Shown in pieces: positions 54,964 through 62,801 of a stretch of DNA of 64,000 nucleotides; within the stretch, counting starts at the first letter, position 1; each line of letters starts with the position of its first letter. Origin of the DNA: a virus; the IMG/VR virus record IMGVR_UViG_3300048997_000130, positions 64,001 through 128,000 of that record. One strand, 5' to 3'. Both the position numbers and the translations under genes were made by a program. Below the pieces are notes generated by a model. It was not told the origin of the DNA, did no database searches, and saw only the letters and a program-made list of their open reading frames with translations.

Positions 54964-55173
54964 TTAATACTGAAAAAACAGGAGAGTTTCCGGATTTTTA
55001 GTGTCCAGCGTGGTTTGGATTTCGGAATCTTCCCAGATTTTGCGATTGAATACGTAAATCAACCGGTGAGGCTTAAACCCTTTCACCAGCAAATTCCCGT
55101 AGGCATAGAATCGAACTTCCTGCTTCGATTCTTGGAGATAATGGCCGTTAGGCGCTCTGAACTTCTCGTTCAT
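54964..55173 (-). CDS. Hypothetical protein
   Basis: Start MNEKFR. Confidence 0.5.
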   Translation of the reverse strand: MNEKFRAPNGHYLQESKQEVRFYAYGNLLVKGFKPHRLIYVFNRKIWEDSEIQTTLDTKNPETLLFFQY

Positions 55174-55371
55174 TTTCCGTCTCGAGTTCTTCGTCAAGCT
55201 CGGCCAGCAAATCGCGCTGGTCATTGCGCTGACCGCCACGTGGCGCACGCCGGTCGCGATGGACCGAATTGGTTTGACCGTAACGCTTGCGCATCGCAAC
55301 TGCCGTGGGACTGGTTAATCGGTTCATTGGAATCGAGCCTCCACACAGTGTTATGTCTGGAATGTTAGAAT

Positions 55372-55929
55372 TTACACTTCATTTGGCGCCAGTTCTTCGC
55401 CTTCAATTTTAATGTGTTCAGTGGGCTTAATAACCACTTGTTCATCTCCGAATATGACCACGTCGTATCCGGTTTCAATAACAAACCTATCTACCGCATG
55501 AATCCATTGCACGGGATTCTCAGCCATTATAGCCCGGAATTCAACGGTCCGGGCTTCGTCATTTTTAGTGTTGGTTTGGGCATCAAATTCCGCAACGGTG
55601 TCGAAAAGTCCTGACGGAGCTTGCGCCGGATCGGTGGACGCCACTAGGATTCGAGCTCCCGGCAAAATTCGAATCCTGCTAATTACCGGTCCATACCAGC
55701 GCCGGACATAATCCGGATCGAACGCCACATAGAATCCCCAGCCATACCAACCATCGAATATACTGTCGTCAATGTTCGACACAAGAGCTTTCCCAGCATG
55801 ATAGAGCATGGGGACTGCTGAAGCATCAATTTCGTACTTTTCGGTCGGCACCTGGGTGGGCTTCAAAGCAGCTATCCGATAATCCATAGGACCGGCAGCC
55901 AGTTTGAAAGCAATGCTAGGCAGATTCAT
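55372..55929 (-). CDS. ADP-ribosyltransferase-fold-like protein
   Basis: LYHAG..DGWYGWGFYVA..VRRWYG.VISRIRI..ARIL..GYDVVI..VVI resembles the H-Y-type ART core. Confidence 0.5.
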   Translation of the reverse strand: MNLPSIAFKLAAGPMDYRIAALKPTQVPTEKYEIDASAVPMLYHAGKALVSNIDDSIFDGWYGWGFYVAFDPDYVRRWYGPVISRIRILPGARILVASTDPAQAPSGLFDTVAEFDAQTNTKNDEARTVEFRAIMAENPVQWIHAVDRFVIETGYDVVIFGDEQVVIKPTEHIKIEGEELAPNEV

Positions 55930-55952
55930 ACGAATCCCAAAAACATAAAGGA

Positions 55953-56261
55953 CTAAGCAACGTCCTCGATGTGTCCGGCGTCTTGAAGACCGGTGGAATG
56001 AGCTTCCTGGAACATGTCGAATATCGACCCGTCATCAATCTCGAGCAAGAACTCGAGCTTCTGGATAAGTCCGCCCGTGCCGTACACGAAGTCCGCATCG
56101 CTCGAGAATTCTTGGTCCGGCCAGTAGCCTTGGATACCAAAACTGTAACCGGATTCGCACACGTCCATGATTTCGCACGCCGTCTCGTTGTTGCACGAGA
56201 ACTTGGTCTTGATACTGTCCACCGTCACGTCATTTTTACCACAATAAACTGGATTTGCCAT
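55953..56261 (-). CDS. Hypothetical acidic protein
   Basis: Start MANPVY. Confidence 0.65.
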   Translation of the reverse strand: MANPVYCGKNDVTVDSIKTKFSCNNETACEIMDVCESGYSFGIQGYWPDQEFSSDADFVYGTGGLIQKLEFLLEIDDGSIFDMFQEAHSTGLQDAGHIEDVA

Positions 56262-56333
56262 TTTTAAATCTTGCCTCCACATCTAATTATTTTAAAAGAT
56301 ATTGGATTTCCGGAATTTTCAAGTTTTTGATTA

Positions 56334-56789
56334 ATGGAATTTTACGAAGGAGTTACCCCGATGCATAAATTCGTAAATGGACTTTTGTTATTGATATTTG
56401 CGTTGTTTGTTACTATATCCGCTTGCAGTGGTGATGGTTGCGGAACCGTGACCTGTATGAGTCCTGGAACTGGATCATACACTATTGCAGAAGTTGTAGT
56501 TTCTGGCAGCCCATCGAGCTGCCAGCAGCTAATTACTAATTCTACGTCAGTCTGGGCGTCTTATACTTGGACACAAGTTTCGCAGGCTCCGACTTGCGAA
56601 TATGATACGACATTCACCATTACTTCCCCTATCACCGGGAATCATTCCACTTCAACATTGAAGATGTATATGGGGATGAGCCAGGTAGATGTACCTGGTT
56701 ACGGAACTAAGACTTGCAGTCAAGCGCAGCCCGGTGCGCCTGTGGTCGTTAATGGTTGTAGTTATAACGTATATGTTTGTCAGAACTGA
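56334..56789 (+). CDS. Cys/Thr-rich lipoprotein
   Basis: Hydrophobic leader and lipobox ISA|C. Confidence 0.65.
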   Translation: MEFYEGVTPMHKFVNGLLLLIFALFVTISACSGDGCGTVTCMSPGTGSYTIAEVVVSGSPSSCQQLITNSTSVWASYTWTQVSQAPTCEYDTTFTITSPITGNHSTSTLKMYMGMSQVDVPGYGTKTCSQAQPGAPVVVNGCSYNVYVCQN

Positions 56790-57038
56790 TTATTGAAGTT
56801 GACTGTGGGGATCCGATCCGGGCCGCTGAATAATGCACGACAAGAATTGATTTCCACGAATGAATTCGACATGGATGTCGCCAAATTCCGTGTAACTATC
56901 AATATAATCTTGGACAGTCCGGATCGGACTCCCGTTACTTGATATGATTTTATCACCCACAAGGAGTCCAGCTTTTTCAGCTGGACTATCCGGCTGGATG
57001 TGCCAAATCCGGAATCCGTCGATTTGAGTGTCAGTCAT
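56790..57038 (-). CDS. Stand-alone 82-aa PDZ domain
   Basis: GFRIWHIQPDSPAEKAGLLVGDKIISSNG..IHVEFIRG; start 1 nt after the stop of 57040-57255. Confidence 0.8.
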   Translation of the reverse strand: MTDTQIDGFRIWHIQPDSPAEKAGLLVGDKIISSNGSPIRTVQDYIDSYTEFGDIHVEFIRGNQFLSCIIQRPGSDPHSQLQ

Positions 57039-57039
57039 C

Positions 57040-57255
57040 TTATTTGATTGTAAAAGATTCCGGGTCTGATCTACTGGCCCGAATATTATCGTTCCTGTTG
57101 CAACCCGGACAAGGCTTTCGAGTCCAAAGTTGGAAAGCCCCGTCCACCATGACGGCTTTGGAATGCGATCGAAATGACTTTCCACAATGACATTCAATAC
57201 TGGATTCCGGAAATCCATCCAGGACTAACCAATTAATTTCCGTAGGGGATTCCAT
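57040..57255 (-). CDS. Small Zn-binding protein
   Basis: ECHCG..PCPGC. Confidence 0.65.
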   Translation of the reverse strand: MESPTEINWLVLDGFPESSIECHCGKSFRSHSKAVMVDGAFQLWTRKPCPGCNRNDNIRASRSDPESFTIK

Positions 57256-57277
57256 GTGAGCTTATGTGGTGGAGTGT

Positions 57278-57299
57278 ACGTGTTGCACGTGCAACACGT
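57278..57299. repeat. Perfect 22-bp palindrome in intergenic spacer
   Basis: ACGTGTTGCACGTGCAACACGT. Confidence 0.75.
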
Positions 57300-57306
57300 T
57301 GCGTTA

Positions 57307-57597
57307 TCAGATAGATTCCCGAACATTCTTCATGAAACGCAAAACGGCTGCCTGGATCCCGCCTCCCGTAAGATCTGCGAACCCAAGAATCCCACGAAGC
57401 CGGCCTAGTTGAGGGGAGATGGAATCTCTGGATAGATTACGATTTCTCATCTCTTCATGCACAACCATTACCATTTCCTGGCAGATTTTCTGTTGTCGAT
57501 TGACACGCATGGTTGGAGGTTTCTTAACTCCATATAGTTCTTCGAGCGTCGCCAAGTCCCATTCAGTGGCTTTGCAGTATTCTTGAAAAATGTCCAT
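57307..57597 (-). CDS. Hypothetical protein
   Basis: 96-aa ORF. Confidence 0.7.
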   Translation of the reverse strand: MDIFQEYCKATEWDLATLEELYGVKKPPTMRVNRQQKICQEMVMVVHEEMRNRNLSRDSISPQLGRLRGILGFADLTGGGIQAAVLRFMKNVRESI

Positions 57598-57653
57598 GGA
57601 AATTCAACCTCAACCGGAACTAAGCCATGAATGATTGTATTTACGGAGCTGGA

Positions 57654-57950
57654 TTATCCACCATCCACAAATTTATACTCATATTTCGGGACTTCGACGA
57701 GCTCGTAATCTTTACGATCGAAACCAAGCTTAGAAAGCCATTCTTCGGCCTTTCCAGATTGAGTTTCCACGCTGAAAGCGGCCGGATATTTTCCGGGGTC
57801 TTTAGCCTCCATATCCGGGAATGGTGATGGACAATCTTCGACGACAAAATCGATTTTGTCGGTTCCACCACGACGCAGGACTTGAATTTTATGTATTTGG
57901 AGTTGTAGCAACATTTTAATCCAATCGGACTGATAGATACCAAAAAGCAA
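57654..57950 (-). CDS. Hypothetical protein
   Basis: 98-aa ORF; start uncertain. Confidence 0.6.
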   Translation of the reverse strand: MLFGIYQSDWIKMLLQLQIHKIQVLRRGGTDKIDFVVEDCPSPFPDMEAKDPGKYPAAFSVETQSGKAEEWLSKLGFDRKDYELVEVPKYEYKFVDGG

Positions 57951-58233
57951 AAAAACTCAGGACGGCTTTATAGGTTACTGCCCCGAATGAGCCAAGGAGC
58001 GTAATGATTATCGCAGCGTGGTTGGTGAACCCCACCATTTGACCAAGTGCCATATATATGAGAATTGCCATGCCGGCTGCGATGAAAAATTTCATTTTAA
58101 CTTGGCTCCAGCTCCAAATACGGAAACGGGACTTGGATTTGCGAACTGGCCTCGACTTTGGAGGTTTGGCCAAAGCCTGCGCAAGTCGGTCTCGTGATTC
58201 CTTATTGGCTTGACCGGACAAGTTTCCATCCAA
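57916..58233 (-). CDS. Two-TM membrane protein
   Basis: Hydrophobic C-terminal half. Confidence 0.55.
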   Translation of the reverse strand: MDGNLSGQANKESRDRLAQALAKPPKSRPVRKSKSRFRIWSWSQVKMKFFIAAGMAILIYMALGQMVGFTNHAAIIITLLGSFGAVTYKAVLSFFAFWYLSVRLD

Positions 58234-58486
58234 CCGTTGCCATTTTTCGTATGGGCAACGCTGCGAATTTGGTTTGATTCTCGGCGTTCAGAACGTCATG
58301 CACCTGCACAAGCATGCTGGCCGTGGTGGCGTCAACAAACAGACCATCCACGCGATTGGCTTGATGGCCGGCCACAATTTCTCGGAGTTTCTCAATGCGA
58401 GTCTTCTTGACGGACTTAGGAATGCTTTTTACGGCTCTCGCCAAATCGTCCCTGTGTAGTTGCTCTTCAGGATTCCGGAGTCTCAT
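58202..58486 (-). CDS. Hypothetical phage protein (VDATTA motif)
   Basis: LREIVAGHQ..DGLFVDATTASMLVQV. Confidence 0.7.
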   Translation of the reverse strand: MRLRNPEEQLHRDDLARAVKSIPKSVKKTRIEKLREIVAGHQANRVDGLFVDATTASMLVQVHDVLNAENQTKFAALPIRKMATVGWKLVRSSQ

Positions 58487-59033
58487 GTTCTTGCATATGT
58501 TCAGGCGCTTCAAATTTCCGAAACGGCAAGACTTCTCGAGCTTTTAAATCGAGAGCTCGAGCTCGAAGCAGAGATTTAGAACGGCCGGCCTTATAAAGAG
58601 ACCCGGGTTCATAGAGCAAAAGTTCATAACTGCGCACTTGCAGGAGCTCATTTATCAAATGCTCATGTGACAGGAGTTTTTGAGGTTCATCGAGAATCCA
58701 AATTTTGGTGGTGAGCGTGGAGCGCCATAAACGCTCAAGTTCTTCTTGCCGTTTTTCGAACGGCACTGTCGTAAAACTTGGCAAATCCACCAAACACAAT
58801 TTAATGATTGGTTGCGAATCATCATAAAACCCATCGAGTGGAATGTTCGGGAAACCGTCCAAGAATTCGTCCGGAGTGGACAAAACGTTGCCATGCCGGT
58901 CAAGAAGCATCTTCCCATCCCAATATACATGTTGCCCTTCGGGTTGAATGGTTATCCACCAACCGACGGGATTCACGTCCGGAAAATCTTCTAGATTTCG
59001 GGCACGCATGAGAGGTGGACTATTGGGTTTCAT
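58467..59033 (-). CDS. Catalytically degenerate ATP-dependent DNA ligase adenylation-domain homolog
   Basis: GWWITIQPEG.HVYWDGK..RHGN..PLDG..DLP..FEKR..EPGSLYKAGRSKSLL; the motif I Lys is absent. Confidence 0.7.
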   Translation of the reverse strand: MKPNSPPLMRARNLEDFPDVNPVGWWITIQPEGQHVYWDGKMLLDRHGNVLSTPDEFLDGFPNIPLDGFYDDSQPIIKLCLVDLPSFTTVPFEKRQEELERLWRSTLTTKIWILDEPQKLLSHEHLINELLQVRSYELLLYEPGSLYKAGRSKSLLRARALDLKAREVLPFRKFEAPEHMQEHETPES

Positions 59034-59074
59034 GCAGTATCATACATCTTTGAACGCTCTTGCTGCGAGAAACA

Positions 59075-59317
59075 CTAACCGAGCAATGTCGGAAGTCGCT
59101 TCTTCCTTCGATTTTGAACTTCTCGCAGAATTGGTTTGAAGCCTTGAATTTGATTGAACACTGAACTCAAGAAACCAAATTTATCTCCGGTGAAATTCAA
59201 AAATTTTTTCACGAGAATGTGTTCGCAGCGATGACGATAACTGAGCAAAATTTTCTCAGCAACTTCAGGTGAATCGCTGGACAGAATGTCATAAACGACG
59301 TCAGCTTCCATGGACAT
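59075..59317 (-). CDS. Hypothetical protein
   Basis: 80-aa ORF. Confidence 0.55.
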   Translation of the reverse strand: MSMEADVVYDILSSDSPEVAEKILLSYRHRCEHILVKKFLNFTGDKFGFLSSVFNQIQGFKPILREVQNRRKKRLPTLLG

Positions 59318-59332
59318 TATTTTGCCTTAGAT

Positions 59333-59367
59333 TATCTGCCATATATTTTTAGATTATATGGCAGATA
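59333..59367. promoter_or_regulatory. 13-bp inverted repeat of two TGCCATATA sites
   Basis: TATCTGCCATATA-9nt-TATATGGCAGATA. Confidence 0.6.
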
Positions 59368-59622
59368 CTACGCAACTCGAACTGACGGCATGTCCTGACG
59401 GGTGGTCCGGTTCTGGCGAGCCGCCTGTTCAGCCGCCCGAATGAATTTGGTGTCTGCATGATTGCGCACTGCAGCATCGAGTTGCCGGACTGTCCATCCC
59501 GAAGTTCGGGCAACATAGCAAAAAACTTGGCATTTGGTTTCGATGTCCATGCCTGCAAGAGCCGCTTTCATGGCCACCAGACGATGCATGACTGATTTGA
59601 ACTCGAGACGATTTCGTTCCAT
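59368..59622 (-). CDS. Hypothetical protein
   Basis: Start MERNRL. Confidence 0.6.
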   Translation of the reverse strand: MERNRLEFKSVMHRLVAMKAALAGMDIETKCQVFCYVARTSGWTVRQLDAAVRNHADTKFIRAAEQAARQNRTTRQDMPSVRVA

Positions 59623-59641
59623 GTTTGCTCCTAAATCGAAA

Positions 59642-59995
59642 TCAGTCAGATTTCCGCAATTGCTCGAGAAGCGACTTGCGCCAAGGATTCCCGCCGTCGT
59701 CAACAAACCGAATGTTTTGGATTTGATCTGGCAAAGCTACGCCATAATAACCATGGCAATGGCTTTCCAGATTATCGTCTCGGATTCCGACATGTCCAAA
59801 ACGTGAGTAGCAAGTTATGAAGACTTTGGTGCCGGCCGTGGCCGTGTGGACTTCGGTGTTGGCGTCCGACGGATGCGTGCCGTTCCAAACGCGCATTTCA
59901 ATGGGTTCGAGGAGTTCCGCATGTGCGAAAACTTCCCGACCTTCATGTTTGCGGAGATAGATTTCTTCCCAGGCTGCTGCGTCTTCAGGATTCAT
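59642..59995 (-). CDS. Hypothetical protein
   Basis: 117-aa ORF. Confidence 0.7.
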   Translation of the reverse strand: MNPEDAAAWEEIYLRKHEGREVFAHAELLEPIEMRVWNGTHPSDANTEVHTATAGTKVFITCYSRFGHVGIRDDNLESHCHGYYGVALPDQIQNIRFVDDGGNPWRKSLLEQLRKSD

Positions 59996-59999
59996 ATTC

Positions 60000-60155
60000 T
60001 TAACTATTCCAAGAGATTTTGAATTTCCGTTTGAAAAGTGCCCCGGTCACGCAGCCGAATGCAAAAATCGCAGCGTGCAGCGCCCCATAAAGCCCGAACC
60101 AAAAGCCGGCAAAAGCTACGGCGAACATGATGAGCGCAAGATCACGATTTTGCAT
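60000..60155 (-). CDS. Small membrane protein
   Basis: Two short hydrophobic helices. Confidence 0.55.
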   Translation of the reverse strand: MQNRDLALIMFAVAFAGFWFGLYGALHAAIFAFGCVTGALFKRKFKISWNS

Positions 60156-60441
60156 GATTGTCCAGATAAACTTGGAAACCCCGCAAGGCTCCCGCAATGG
60201 ATTCAAAATCATTACAAATGGCAGACATGGGCCGGTTGCCAACTTTTGGGAACCGGGGTCTCAAGAAATCTGAATAATCACCCAAGAAATTTTGCATGTT
60301 CCGCACGCGCTGAAGCCGTAAACTGTGTCGAATTTCAAGCAGGAGCAAAACTTGGAGTTCGAACGCTTCGGGCCCGCCCCAGTTGCGAGGATGCTCAAGC
60401 ATCATTTCTATGCGCGTCTCAATGAACGATTCGATGTCCAT
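60142..60441 (-). CDS. Hypothetical protein
   Basis: Start MDIESF. Confidence 0.65.
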   Translation of the reverse strand: MDIESFIETRIEMMLEHPRNWGGPEAFELQVLLLLEIRHSLRLQRVRNMQNFLGDYSDFLRPRFPKVGNRPMSAICNDFESIAGALRGFQVYLDNHAKS

Positions 60442-60895
60442 GGCTTTTTCAAAAACAAAAACGGGCAACGCACCCCGAGGACTAAAATGTCCTCTTTCCC
60501 CCGGCAAGAGGCGATCGATTCGTACCTTTGGACATTTTTGCCGAATGCCACGTCTTATCGATCCTTACTTTGGGGTGCGTTGCCCGCGAATTTAATTTTC
60601 CTTTTATAACTGTGCTTTATTTTACATTTAAACCGACAAGACTGTCCAAGACTGCTTAAATCAAAACTTTACTGAAATTTTTTGGTGTTCGATTTCTGAA
60701 AATTCTTACAACATCACTCCGGAGATTTACAAATTTGGTTCACGTATTTTTCGAAAACCAAATTACGACGCCGTCAACGGTTGATTGAGACTTCAAACCG
60801 TAAACTTCAACGGTTGAATGCAATGGAAACTTGGCTTCCAACGCCGTGACTGGACCTCTCGAAACCGCCGACAATTTCAATGGGACTGGGCATTT

Positions 60896-61096
60896 TTAAT
60901 TTATTTGACCTTTGCAACACGGGCACGAGATTTTTCGCATTTGACTCGAACAATAAATGCGAGTGGAACATTCAGGACAACACACGGAACGCAGTGTCTT
61001 TTGAACGGGAGATTTCCTGCGAGCCAGCCAGGTTTGAGAAACCACGAAGCTGAACAACGCAAGAGTTATGAGGAGGAGGACCACTGAAAAATTCAT
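60896..61096 (-). CDS. Membrane-anchored Zn-ribbon protein
   Basis: N-terminal TM; CPEC..CPCC. Confidence 0.65.
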   Translation of the reverse strand: MNFSVVLLLITLALFSFVVSQTWLARRKSPVQKTLRSVCCPECSTRIYCSSQMRKISCPCCKGQIN

Positions 61097-61434
61097 TTTT
61101 TCAAAATAAGAGTGGGGGATTCCAATTTGCGAAGACCTTCACGCTCGAGCTCCCACAACATTGCATAGACAATGATGGGAGGTTTGCGTGCGTCCTGGAA
61201 ATGGATCCACCAAGACAAAACTGATTGTGCAGGTTCGAAACGAATGGCCCCTAAAAGCTTGCCCGTTTTCCGGGCGATTTCAATTTTGCCCTTCCAAATT
61301 TGCCGAACCGGCTTTGTGATTTCTGCCATTTTTCCCGCTCCAAATTCTATAAATTCGCCCATTGGATTTACGGTTGGCGGAGTTTGTAAATTAATGGGCG
61401 GGCCGGTTAGGAGGGAACATGGAAAAGAATTCAA
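61093..61434 (-). CDS. Hypothetical protein (start uncertain)
   Basis: Coupled to the downstream ORF. Confidence 0.5.
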   Translation of the reverse strand: MNSFPCSLLTGPPINLQTPPTVNPMGEFIEFGAGKMAEITKPVRQIWKGKIEIARKTGKLLGAIRFEPAQSVLSWWIHFQDARKPPIIVYAMLWELEREGLRKLESPTLILKK

Positions 61435-61652
61435 CTCAAATCGTTTGGTCCGGCGTGGTTTTCAGTGCACACAGCGGGAAGGAATTCCCTGTTCAAATTC
61501 GACAGGTGAACGCCGACCCGGACGATGGACTGGTCGAAATTCAAGTGGACGAGAAATGGGTGGCCGCTGACGACACTTTGGCCATGAATGCCTACATGCA
61601 AGCTTTCTTCGACGCTCGCAAGCAATTGCTTCTTCAAGAAGATAATCTGTAG
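61419..61652 (+). CDS. Hypothetical protein
   Basis: GAGG RBS upstream. Confidence 0.7.
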   Translation: MEKNSTQIVWSGVVFSAHSGKEFPVQIRQVNADPDDGLVEIQVDEKWVAADDTLAMNAYMQAFFDARKQLLLQEDNL

Positions 61653-61684
61653 GAAACCGAGACATAACTAAGCTTTTCATGTAG

Positions 61685-62608
61685 GTGACAAAGTGCGTTA
61701 CCTACATGATAAAGCAAATTTTTTCGCCGCACCACGGAACTCATGTCAAATTGGGTCGGAAACATCCGACCTCCCGGCCGAAGCTGCATCTCAAAAATTA
61801 TTTGAGTCAGCTTCCTCTCCCGCCGGCTTCCTGTGATTTCAGCGCCAAAGCTCTCCCCGTTTTGTCCGATATTATGGGCAACGATAATTTGGGCGACTGC
61901 GTTATTGCTGGCGGTTACCATATTGTGGGCGTTGAAACTGGCAACGCTTCTACTTTATATCATGCAAATCCCGCTCAAATTATTCATGATTACTCGGCCA
62001 TTGGTGGATACGTACCGGGCGACGTCAACACTGATAATGGTTGCGAACTGCCGGTGGCTTTAGCCTATTGGCAAAAGCATGGCTTTAGCAACGGCACTAA
62101 ATTGCTCGGCCATTTGGCTGTTGATGCCACTGACAAGCAAGAAGTTGCGTTGGCCTGCTATTTGTTTGAAAATCTGTACTTTGGAATGGCGCTTCCGGAC
62201 AAATGGATAAACCCGTTCCCGACAGGCAACGGTTTCATTTGGGACGTGGCTGGCGCTCCAGACATGAACAATGGACACTGCATCATGGGCATGGGTTTTG
62301 ATTCTCACGGTGTCAAAGTGGACTCATGGGGGCTCGTTGGCACTTTGACCTGGGAAGCCGTGGCCAAATATGCAAGCGCTACAGCTTCCGGCGAACTGCA
62401 TGTGATGCTTTCTCCGGATCAACTGGCTAGGGGCCAATCTAAAGCCCCTAATGGCGTCAATTGGGCGGATTTGCTCGACGATTTCAATCAACTTGGTGGA
62501 AATGTTCCAATTCCCCCGGTTCCTGTTCCAATTCCTCCTACGCCAGTTGTTAAATCACTTTCGCTCACGCAAGTCCAAGCGTTGCTTGCCACGACTTGGC
62601 CGAAATGA
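61685..62608 (+). CDS. Papain-like (C1-type) cysteine peptidase homolog with Pro-rich tail
   Basis: GNDNLGDCVIAG (Cys), GHCIMGMG (His), VDSWG. Confidence 0.7.
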   Translation: MTKCVTYMIKQIFSPHHGTHVKLGRKHPTSRPKLHLKNYLSQLPLPPASCDFSAKALPVLSDIMGNDNLGDCVIAGGYHIVGVETGNASTLYHANPAQIIHDYSAIGGYVPGDVNTDNGCELPVALAYWQKHGFSNGTKLLGHLAVDATDKQEVALACYLFENLYFGMALPDKWINPFPTGNGFIWDVAGAPDMNNGHCIMGMGFDSHGVKVDSWGLVGTLTWEAVAKYASATASGELHVMLSPDQLARGQSKAPNGVNWADLLDDFNQLGGNVPIPPVPVPIPPTPVVKSLSLTQVQALLATTWPK

Positions 62609-62609
62609 T

Positions 62610-62801
62610 TCAAGCGGCAAGCTCATAATCTATCACAATCGCATATACATAACCAGCGTCGTCTTGGAAAATTTCGCCAGTCATTTTCAATATTTCCAAA
62701 CCAAGTAGAGTCCCTACTCGGCCGATGTTATCCGACAGGAAATCTTCATGGGCCATTCCCCCGAAATTCAAAAGCAAATCCATGATATTTTGTGAAAACA
62801 T
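62610..62801 (-). CDS. Hypothetical acidic protein
   Basis: 63-aa ORF. Confidence 0.5.
   Translation of the reverse strand: MFSQNIMDLLLNFGGMAHEDFLSDNIGRVGTLLGLEILKMTGEIFQDDAGYVYAIVIDYELAA

Noticed and set aside
18760-56290. TAATTA(T) in several spacers (19556, 33872, 42297, 56284) as a late promoter
   Set aside because: Too short and too expected in AT-rich DNA to support by eye
58467-59033. Functional DNA ligase
   Set aside because: The adenylated Lys and other catalytic residues are missing and there is no OB domain
30490-61570. Numerous long antisense/overlapping ORFs in the track (e.g. 30490-31281, 34916-35434, 38597-39268, 44561-45151, 49293-49928)
   Set aside because: Shadow frames of GC-rich genes on the opposite strand; they lack RBS or cassette support and recognisable motifs
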